DNA of 61,898 nt, taken from the NCBI GenBank assembly GCA_030167865.1, contig JALAGF010003123.1, positions 1-61,898 of the forward strand. Reading direction: 5' to 3'. Positions 53,329 through 61,898 of the stretch are shown here, one piece after another. The notes under the pieces are model-generated. The model worked only from the letters and a program-made list of their open reading frames with translations. It was not told where the DNA came from and did not search any database. The DNA comes from Craspedostauros australis (Eukaryota). Within the stretch, counting starts at the first letter, position 1. Each line of letters starts with the position of its first letter. The translations under genes were made by a program, and so were the position numbers.

Positions 53329-55124
53329 TCACAACTCGTACACCCCGATGTAATCATTGCGCAACGAGCCAAGATACAGCTTGTTGTCGCGGACGGTCAC
53401 TCCCGTCATCCCCGCAACATCCTTGCCCGTCGGATCTTGTAACAGCTCCACGAATTCGTTGCGGGAGGCGTCTACCACGGAAATGGCCGTATATGGTTGC
53501 ATTGCGGGGGCCAGCCACGACGGCAGCAACATCAGCATGCTGCGCAGGATCTGGTCGAGGGGATGCGGGATGGCGTTGAGCACTTTGTGAGCAGGCACGA
53601 CGGTGGAGGGATGGATGCCGTAGCAGTACTCATTGTCGTTGCCTTTGCTCGTCCATGCGCAATCGACGCCATCGTAGTCTGTGCAAGCAAATGACAAGGC
53701 AAAGAGGCAAAGATAGGGAGTGAGCATGACTGCATGGTACAACACCGAACTCATCACATTGCATGATAACACTGAACTTACAGCCAGGTGCGGGTGGTCC
53801 ATCCACAACGTATTCCAACGACCCCTTCTTGTCCCCCGCAAGATGGTACTTCGCCAGTCGCAGGCTGAAAGTCTCTGCGAACAGAATGTAGGTCTCCTGT
53901 TCATCCACGGCGATTCCGTTGGCAAAGAGCAAGTTACGTGCCAGCACCGTGACGTCTTCTGTTTCGGGATTGTACTGCAACAATCGGCCCGTCCGCGTTC
54001 CCTGCATGCAATTCGCCTTGGATGGGTACATCACGTCCCAAACCATGCTGTTGTCTCTTGATGCCGGAATGTCCGTGGCTGGAAGGACAACTCAGTTCAA
54101 CGGATCATCATCAACGAATGCGACATGATTGGAGGTCAGTGAATGAGTATGGTACGAGCTATTGTGCAATGTGATAGCTGCAGATTCGCACGAATAGCTG
54201 GGAATAGAGCAGCAACCTGCCACGCGTTGCATCAATTTCCAAAGGGATGAAAGCTGTCCAGAATCTTCTCCATTTGCAGCACAACACCCAACCGTCAAAC
54301 GTACCATCTGTAAAGTACACCATCCCTGATTGAGGTCCCACCGTGACATCATCCGCAAATCGAATCGTCGTCATCGCATCACCATCCATGACTTCGGCAG
54401 CGACAAGCTCGATTTTGGAATGCAACCCGGCAGGATTGCGCATCCGTGTCAAGCCCAACACGGCATCTGCAATATACAATGTGTTGTCGGGTGTGAAGCA
54501 TCCACCCAGCGGTCGGCCCTGGCCGAGAGATGCGACCAAGGTGGTCGTGGCCGTCATGGTGTTCTCGTTGCCGGATGGTTGCATGTCGGATACTTGGACC
54601 AGGTTTGCTTCTTCCGTCAGGAGGAAAAGATTGCCTACGTGATCGAAAACAACTGTCTCTGGTCCAACCAACAATGGTCGTTTACCGCCTTCCTTTCGCT
54701 CATATATTTTGGTGAGCTTGCCATCTGCACCATGGATATCGATAGGCGCATGGTGTGAGACGAAGGAGGGATGACGAGGAAGAGAGAGAGAGAGATTGAA
54801 CATCATGAGAAAGAAACATTTCATGGTGAGCAACGAGACTCACTCTGAGCATGCCAGCATGTTCGTTTGGAATTCTTTCATGGAATCTCTGCCACTTGAG
54901 TGCCACGCCACAGTTCCTTACGTACGTTTGCTTTGGAGACTGTCGTTGGTGTGATCGACGCTCACGTACGAAATCCTGTCATCGCCAACTACTGGCACAG
55001 CAGAACCGAAAGGAAACAGGATGGGATGCATGACCTTCGGCACGAACCAACCAAGACATCCCACGAAGATGCTCAGCCGAAGCATGTTTCTCGTGCGCCC
55101 GTCTTGCGATTGCTGCGATGCCAT
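53329..55124 (-). CDS. Strictosidine synthase-like / APMAP six-bladed beta-propeller, 4 exons: 55124-54926, 54724-54305, 54078-53782, 53678-53329 (421 aa)
   Basis: N-terminal TM; GPETVVFD, GRPLG, LYIADAVLGL, FADDV, VYFTD|ATD, TGRLLQYNP, LLFANGIAV, FAETF, PG|YYDG, LYLGSL. The three GT-AG introns (54725-54925, 54079-54304, 53679-53781) all join in phase 1. Confidence 0.92.
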
Positions 55125-55975
55125 TGTGATTTGATGTACGGCCAAATGGGAAGCTGGTCAGAGTATGTTCTTGCAATGGTCAATCTGCGGTGCAGCGCAA
55201 ACGTCGAGGATAGTGGGCGGAGCGGTCGTTGCCTGTTCTTGTGCCTCTCGCATTGTGGGCTTGAGTGCATCCCTCCGCCTCTCTGGCGTGTCGAACATGT
55301 TTGTCGCAGCAACACCAAAGATCGGTTTTACCGAATCCATGATCAAGAAATTGGACCAGTCGTGAATACGAAGATGAAACAGAATGGAATTTGGAATTTC
55401 GACTTGTCCAGAATGGAATAGAATCAAATAGAAGCAACAGTTTCGCTAACAACTCTTGGTTTCATTGTCCCTCTGTCGAAGGACAGACGAATACAGAAGC
55501 CTTTTGATTTGCGGACGATCAGATTGGAATCGATTGACTCGTTGGCTTCGCTTGGACTCCTCTTGATTCGTTTGGTTGGCTTCGCGCAATTTGCTTGTAC
55601 ACGCGCTCTTTGTGGTTAGTTGTTGGTTGTGCTGGTTGTGGGTGGAGTTTTGTGTGGTCGTCTTGGCTTCTTGCCTCCCTTGTCGTTTTGCTTGGCTGGG
55701 ATTGGATTGGATTTTGTGGTGCGCGTTGTGAGTGGATGCGAAGCCAAAAACATGTGCAACTCCCGCGTTGCGCCAAGAAGGAGAGAGAAGCAGCAGCACG
55801 AAGAGGAGAGCAGCGTCACCACAGCCGCAAAAATAGCGCAGCGCAGAGACATTCGGTGGAAGCGCCGCGCAGCCGACAGCATCCTCGACAAAACAAGAGT
55901 GACCAACGATCCAACAACCGACTTCGTCTCCTCCTCTTGCTTCTTGTTTGTCAATTCCTTCACCCACCACTCCTG

Positions 55976-56000
55976 CATCCATCCATCCATCCATCCATCC
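55976..56000. repeat. (CATC)n tetranucleotide microsatellite
   Basis: CATCCATCCATCC... seen directly; a similar run occurs at about 33986-34004. Confidence 0.9.
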
Positions 56001-56626
56001 GCATCAGTGTCTGTATCAGTATCTGCATCCGCCTCGATCACAACCACTCCACGGACGTCGAATAGCGCACAGCCACACAGCCACCCGTCCACATTCACAC
56101 TCACACTCACATCCAAATCAAGATACTACACTCCACCTCCTGATACCGACTCTGCACACACACTGACGTTGGATCTAATCGTGCAGCACCAAGAACAGCA
56201 GCACAGACAAACGAACGAGACACGGCAGCCTGACCGGGAAGATCCACGTCTTCGCCAACCCTCCATTTCTCCCATCCCATCCCTCTCTCTCTCTCGACCA
56301 ACAGAGCACACTTGCTGGCACAGAGATCTATCTTCGTCCAACAAACTCATTTCGGCTTCTGGTGACTCTGACCGATCTCCAACTCATTCCATTCGCAAAA
56401 AAACAACACCAGCAAAAGCAACAGAAGCAACAAAAGCAACGGTCATTACCAAGGACACATATACTGCACTATACTTTGTGATCAACAGACCATCGGCACA
56501 CTTCTCCACTCTCCACTCTCCGCACTACAATAGTAAGGCACAACACACCACCCTCTACGACACCCACAGCGACACCACCAGAGACTCAATTAAGTTCCAT
56601 TGCCACTCCAATACAAAGTCTGCACC

Positions 56627-58468
56627 ATGAGCTCCCCAACGCCACCTGCCGACGCGGCCGCAGCGCCGCCCTCGACCACTCCGCCTGCAGCAGCTCCAGC
56701 AGCACCGCAACCACTCAACATCGCCCTCCGCTTCGTCCGAGCCTACTACAACAGCCTCATTTCCGACCCCAAGTCCATCTCCCGATACTACCAACCAAAG
56801 GCTGCCTACCTTTCCCACGGAGACGGCAGCGGCCAGAGCGAGCAATCCGACTTCCAATCCTACGGCATCGAAACCTCCGATCGGTGGGCTGCTGGCGACC
56901 GCACCATCAAGATCGAGTTCGGGCAGGGTGCCATCGATGCCCAACCAAGCGTCGACGGGGGCATCCTCGTTGTCGTCACCGGCCATGTTTGCTACTTCAA
57001 GTCCAAGCAGCACGGCGTCGATCAGCGCAAGGCTTTCGTGCACACCTTCTTCCTCGGCTTGCCATCTCCCACCTCCAAGTCCTTCTGCGTCTTCAACGAC
57101 ATCCTGCGTTTCCTGAAGCCCATCGAGGTTGCGCCAGAGGCCAACGGGGAGTCCAACCAGGTCGTCCCACCACCAGCTGCCGACGCGACCGAACAACCAG
57201 CGGCACCAGCACCGGCCGTCGAGGATACCGCTGAAGTGGCTGCACCAAAGATTGCAAAGGAAGCCACCGAGCCCGATGCCAAGCCTGCACCAACCGCCGA
57301 TGCCGAGCCAGCAGCCGCCAAGATCGATGCGCCGAAGGCGGATGCCAAAGATGTTCCAGCTGAAGAAGAGGCACCAGGCGGCGGGGTCGAAGAGAGCAAG
57401 GAAGTTGAGCCCGAAGATGCCGATACACCAGCCAAGAGCAGCAGCGCGGACACCGGTGCTGCGCCAGATGCCAAGCCAGTAGACGAAGTCGCGAAAATCG
57501 ATGCGGCAGCACCGGCATCAGAACCAAGCAAAAAGCCTGCCGATGCCAAGGCCGACAAGCCCACCGCGGATGCTCCCGCCAAGGACACCACCCGAAACGG
57601 ATCTGCAGAACCAAAGGAGAAGGGAGGCGGAAAGGGTCGCAAGGGCAGAAACGGCCGTGGCAAGTCTCCAGGAACAGCCAAGGCCACCATCGACCAGCAA
57701 CAGCAACAACAGCAGCAGCAACAACAGCAGCAACAACCACCAAAGCCTGCTCCAAAGGCTGCCCCAAGCACCTGGGCAAGTCTGGTCGCATCCAATGCCT
57801 CTTCAACACCCATGGCCGCCGCGCCAAGCCCCATCAAGACCAAGCCACCAACCCCAGCAAGCGACAAGTCCAAGGCGAAGCCACCACCAACAACCGACTC
57901 ATCCAATGATGCCAAGGGACCGTCCAAGTCGAGCAACGCCGGTTCCTCCGGCGGCAGAAAAGATTCCGAGCCTGGCAGCAACAAAGGCAGCAACAGCGGC
58001 GGCCCCAAGAGTTCGGAGCGCCGCTCGGACAGAGATCGCCCACGACGTGACCCAGATTGCACGCTTGTCATCAAGAAAATCCCCGACGGCACCAAGGAGT
58101 CCGAAATCATCGCCCTCTTCGAACCTTTCGCCAAGCAAACCAACGCAAAGATTGTCGGTACGACCGTTGCCAACCACCGTGCCCTCGCCTTTGTGGACTA
58201 CGACGCTGTTCAGCCAGTCATGGCAGCCATCGAGGCTCATCGCAAGGAACCTCTGCAGCTGAATGGACGCGTCCTCGAGGTCGACCAGAAGACGGCCGAG
58301 CAACGCGCACGACGCAGCACCAAGGGAGGCTTCCGCAACGAATCACCAAGCGGCGGGCGATACCAAGGTGGTGGCGGTGGCCGCCAGAGTCGCCGTGATA
58401 ACCGCAACCGAGGCGACAGAGGCGGGCGTGGCAACCGAGGTGACCGAAGCGATCGAAGTGGCAGATAG
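56627..58468 (+). CDS. G3BP: G3BP/Rasputin-like NTF2-RRM-RGG stress-granule protein
   Basis: NTF2 'FVRAYY...IDAQPSVDGGILVVVTG...FVHTFFL...VFNDILRF', acidic/Pro linker, 'TWAS' motif, RRM 'LVIKKIP...AFVDY...LNGRVLEVDQK', and RGG tail. Confidence 0.9.
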   Translation: MSSPTPPADAAAAPPSTTPPAAAPAAPQPLNIALRFVRAYYNSLISDPKSISRYYQPKAAYLSHGDGSGQSEQSDFQSYGIETSDRWAAGDRTIKIEFGQGAIDAQPSVDGGILVVVTGHVCYFKSKQHGVDQRKAFVHTFFLGLPSPTSKSFCVFNDILRFLKPIEVAPEANGESNQVVPPPAADATEQPAAPAPAVEDTAEVAAPKIAKEATEPDAKPAPTADAEPAAAKIDAPKADAKDVPAEEEAPGGGVEESKEVEPEDADTPAKSSSADTGAAPDAKPVDEVAKIDAAAPASEPSKKPADAKADKPTADAPAKDTTRNGSAEPKEKGGGKGRKGRNGRGKSPGTAKATIDQQQQQQQQQQQQQQPPKPAPKAAPSTWASLVASNASSTPMAAAPSPIKTKPPTPASDKSKAKPPPTTDSSNDAKGPSKSSNAGSSGGRKDSEPGSNKGSNSGGPKSSERRSDRDRPRRDPDCTLVIKKIPDGTKESEIIALFEPFAKQTNAKIVGTTVANHRALAFVDYDAVQPVMAAIEAHRKEPLQLNGRVLEVDQKTAEQRARRSTKGGFRNESPSGGRYQGGGGGRQSRRDNRNRGDRGGRGNRGDRSDRSGR

Positions 58469-59624
58469 GTCCTTCTTTGTTGAGTTGACGAGAGGAAAGC
58501 GGGCTGATCATCTCCCATGTGACACACTCCATCATTCGACTGCTCTTCGCACTTTGCAACCTGTTAAAGCGATCGCAGTTGCCTCCAGCGGGCCACATGA
58601 TCATCGCAACCAACCAACCAACGTGAACTGCCATACATCTCTGTTCACACACCTCTTTTCAACCCGAGAAATGCGTACTGCCAAAAGAACTGAGACCCGG
58701 CCCAACCATGACGCGAACAACTGGAGACAACCATACTCTCCTGCAACACAAGAAGTGGGAGGAATCAACCAGTCTGGAATGTAGTGTACATCGCCTCACC
58801 CATCTCAGACTGATTCCCAGTCTACAGGGGACGTTGTACATGCAACCTCGGCATTCCATCCACCACTCGTCAACAAAGCAACAACACAACCAACAGCAAC
58901 AACAACATGAAATAACTCAACATCCTCATCCACAACACCCAGTGCCACTTTGGTGGCATTCGGGGGCATCTATCTACCCACCATACTCTGCTCTCCTGGA
59001 CTCATTCATCTTCTATGCATCTCAGTTCATCTGGGCATTGACTTGATTCGAATTCGGTGGAGCTCCAATCCAACACATATCAACATCCATGTCCCACTTA
59101 CCAATACCACATCATACCATACATACCAACAAGTATCCACGTGCACAGCATCAGTGCGTATCACACGAAAACAAGGGTAGACAAACACCGAGCCATCCAT
59201 CCAAACATACCAACCATCACTCACTCACTCAAACACAACCCTGGAGCAACGTAGACCTCCAGCCACATTTTCATCGCATGGCTACTATTGTAACAAATAT
59301 AGCATAGAAAGTGCGATTCGCTAGCCATTGTCTACCACAGTAACCTATCGGTGTTTGATGTTGTTGCGACCGCTTGTATCGAGAGCCACGCCCTTTACGA
59401 CAACCCCTGCCCAAGCCTCATGCCACCATCTCGTTCTTCTTGTTTCGTTTTGGCTGGTCCTCGTGTTCACACTCTTTCGTATCTCCCCAATCGTGCGTCA
59501 ATTTTTCGGAACGAGAACGAATCCAAGACATCTCCCGCCACTCGACGTCGACAATGTCTCCATCGCACTCTGAAGCAACGACAACGCCGGACATGACGCA
59601 GTGGACCCGAAACGAATCTGCAAG

Positions 59625-60716
59625 ATGGACAACAACCATGGCGAAGGACAAGGCAGCGGCCATGAGGATACGCAGGATCCACCGACTACAACGAAAACGC
59701 TGCAACAGCAACATGACATGCCATTGCCCAATGACCAACAAATCGAAATCTGGACGCGGCAACAACTCGAAATCGCAAAGCAGGTCATTGTCCTCAACGA
59801 TCGCGAAAGCAGCGATGATGGCGATGACGTGAAGCACATCGATGCTCCTTTTCCGAACTTCCGATACCTCTCCACAGGCAACAGCAAAAGCAACGACGCG
59901 GAAAGGTACTTCGGTGGCGTCGATGTCAGCTTCCCCGAGAATGACGATGATGATGCGGTTGCCGTCTACGTCATTCTCGATGCCGCAACCAACACCGTAG
60001 TGCATCAAGATCAGATGTACTTTGCATTGCAAATTCCCTACATTCCATCCTTTCTGGCAATGCGCGAAATCGAGCCATTGGTCGAGTTAGTGCAGCGCTC
60101 GCAATCGCCGTATCGTCCGTCTGTCATCCTGGTGGATGGCAATGGGATCTTCCATCAACGGCATGCTGGCATTGCGACGTGCTTGGGCATTCGAACGCAA
60201 ATCCCAACCATCGGGATTGGGAAGACATTGTATCACGTCGGTGGATGGACGAAGGATGTCATGACGCACATGATGGATCGCATGTTTCAGTCTTTGGATG
60301 CCCAAGACACGAACGCACAAGGCAAAGAGCACGAGATGATCTTGTTGCGCAAAGATGCTTGGATTCCAGACATAGATCAGGATGCTGCACAGCCACGCGT
60401 CGATCGTTGCGACGTTCTGAAACGACTCGCTGTGATGGGCATTGCCGTCCCGATGGGAGTCCATGCATCGTCCGGCTTCGCGTCCCAGTTTCCAACTGTG
60501 GCGTGCGCGTTGGTGGGACATGGTGGCAGGACAGGCAAACGCGGCAAGAATGTTGTGGGCACGAAGAATCCCATCTATGTCAGTGTGGGGCACAGGATTT
60601 CATTGCGAAGAGCCATCCAGATCGCATGTCGTCTCAGTTTGTCGAGGATACCGGAACCTGTGCGACAGGCCGACTTGGTTGGGCGGCAGCTGTTGCGTGC
60701 TCGGAACATGAAGTGA
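59625..60716 (+). CDS. ENDOV: Endonuclease V (inosine-specific nuclease)
   Basis: GGVDVSF, PYIP wedge 'PYIPSFLAMRE', LVDGNGIFH, TIGIGK, PIYVSVGH and RIPEPVRQAD. Confidence 0.95.
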   Translation: MDNNHGEGQGSGHEDTQDPPTTTKTLQQQHDMPLPNDQQIEIWTRQQLEIAKQVIVLNDRESSDDGDDVKHIDAPFPNFRYLSTGNSKSNDAERYFGGVDVSFPENDDDDAVAVYVILDAATNTVVHQDQMYFALQIPYIPSFLAMREIEPLVELVQRSQSPYRPSVILVDGNGIFHQRHAGIATCLGIRTQIPTIGIGKTLYHVGGWTKDVMTHMMDRMFQSLDAQDTNAQGKEHEMILLRKDAWIPDIDQDAAQPRVDRCDVLKRLAVMGIAVPMGVHASSGFASQFPTVACALVGHGGRTGKRGKNVVGTKNPIYVSVGHRISLRRAIQIACRLSLSRIPEPVRQADLVGRQLLRARNMK

Positions 60717-60964
60717 CGTGAAAAGAGGGTTGCTTGCTTGGTTGGTTTGTGGATCTCGCATGGTCCTATTGCATGGTTTTCAACAAGTAGTCTCTCTGCA
60801 GAGGTAGAAATTGAGAATCTACCGTACATGGATATCAAATATAATTGGTTTCATTAGAGTTCAGCATGTTGCTGTTCCAACTTGGCCCTTGTTCGTGCGC
60901 CGCATTTGACATCATTGCATCTTTCGAAACGAAACATCGCCATCGCGACGATCATGAAGCCACC

Positions 60965-61417
60965 TCACCGATACGCCGCCTCCGTCAGCGGCGACAACGA
61001 CTCCGAAACGTGATCCGCCACCGTCGTGAGCCACGCCTTGATGCGGCCCGGCTGCGCACCGGCCGAGGCAATCGCAATGACGAGACAATCGATCCCCGTG
61101 CAACTCGACACGCCCACCATGCCCAGTTCCAGCTCCAGCAAGAGGAAGGGCAAGATATTGCGCCGCGCCGTGCTCGATTCGGCTGCCGACAGGGTCAACG
61201 TCGATTCTCCCATGCTCTGGTAATCCATCGCGACGTCGGCAATCAGCGTGGCCAGATTCTCGACGCTTTCCTTGCTGCCCGCGCTGTTGACGAAGGTGTT
61301 GGACGTGGAACCAAGCAGCTCGCCGTCGCAAGTGACGAGCATGGCCGTTTGGACGCTGGGATCCTCCGAGCATATCCTCGAAAGGATGGGTGCGATTCGG
61401 CCGGAACGCAGCATCAT
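60965..61417 (-). CDS. LAMTOR2: Ragulator subunit LAMTOR2-like (Roadblock/LC7 fold)
   Basis: 'MLRSGRIAPILSRI...VQTAMLVTCDGELLGS...ATLIADVAMDY...FLLLELELGMVGV...PGRIKAWLTTVADHVSESL' aligns by eye with LAMTOR2 (MLRPKALTQVLSQ...GMLKAKAQALVQYLEEPL). Confidence 0.78.
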   Translation of the reverse strand: MMLRSGRIAPILSRICSEDPSVQTAMLVTCDGELLGSTSNTFVNSAGSKESVENLATLIADVAMDYQSMGESTLTLSAAESSTARRNILPFLLLELELGMVGVSSCTGIDCLVIAIASAGAQPGRIKAWLTTVADHVSESLSPLTEAAYR

Positions 61418-61898
61418 CTTGTCGCGGTGTTTGTGTGTTCTGGGATGGGACGTATTGTATTGTTCTATTCCACAATTGAATATAATGTGATAAAATGATG
61501 GAATATATGACGAGAATAGAATATGCAATGCGAAGTTGCCTTCTTGATCAGTGTTGTTTGGATGTGGGGCTTCCGTTGATTGGGAAAGGCTGCAGAGGCG
61601 GGACGGTACGATAAATGGTGTGATTGTGTGGGGGTGGTTGATGGATCTCTCCTGGTGTTCGTCGACGCGCGGTACCCGTCCTGTTGGTGTTGTGAGGAGA
61701 GAGCCTGCTGTCCTGTGTGTCGAGGTGTGGCATCGGGATGTGTGCTCCGTCGTCGCATCGGGGTTTGATCCTCTGATTGGGCGGAACCGAGATCTTTTGG
61801 TCGTTCATTTGTTGTTGTTTTCGATGATTCGCAAAAGTAGTAGTCCCCCAAAACACGGTTCGCAAAATCGAAATGGGCCAATGAGGGGCCAGGGAATC

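Noticed and set aside
53329-55124. True strictosidine synthase / alkaloid pathway
   Set aside because: The N-terminal TM and metal-ligand-type motifs (GPE, FANG, D in YYDG) fit the widespread hydrolase-like SSL/APMAP group, and no biosynthetic cluster lies nearby.

Overview
Gene-dense eukaryotic chromosome segment with about 20 protein-coding genes. It is almost certainly from a diatom, probably a pennate (inference): aroB carries a signal peptide plus Phe (ASAFAP-type) plastid presequence, introns are short GT-AG introns with GTAAGT/GTGAGT/GTACGT donors, several motifs are typical of diatoms, and UTRs are CA/GT-rich. Recognisable genes in order: C-terminal end of a COG3899-like AAA/STAND sensor protein, ABC1/UbiB kinase, PA-domain vacuolar sorting receptor, alpha/beta hydrolase, HxxxD acyltransferase, divergent TM9SF, BTB-BACK-SPRY protein, 3-dehydroquinate synthase, PA-TM-RING E3 ligase, SAM methyltransferase, Nup107, Q-rich protein, two-TM PDZ protein, small TWRMY-motif protein, PRPP-synthetase paralogue, a giant 3.7k-aa single-exon protein, strictosidine-synthase-like/APMAP, G3BP, endonuclease V and LAMTOR2. 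I saw no rRNA, tRNA, CRISPR array or clear transposon. The strongest novelty candidate is the giant protein, which has about 15 dispersed ~28-aa helix-hairpin repeats, mostly paired and preceded by 'DDL' motifs. Also notable are an exactly phased 7 x 9-aa LxRQxS phospho-motif array, a probable mitochondrial PRS paralogue with altered catalytic motifs, and a small protein ending in a TOS-like motif below a TGACGT-rich promoter. All assignments come from motif recognition by eye; no database searches were run.
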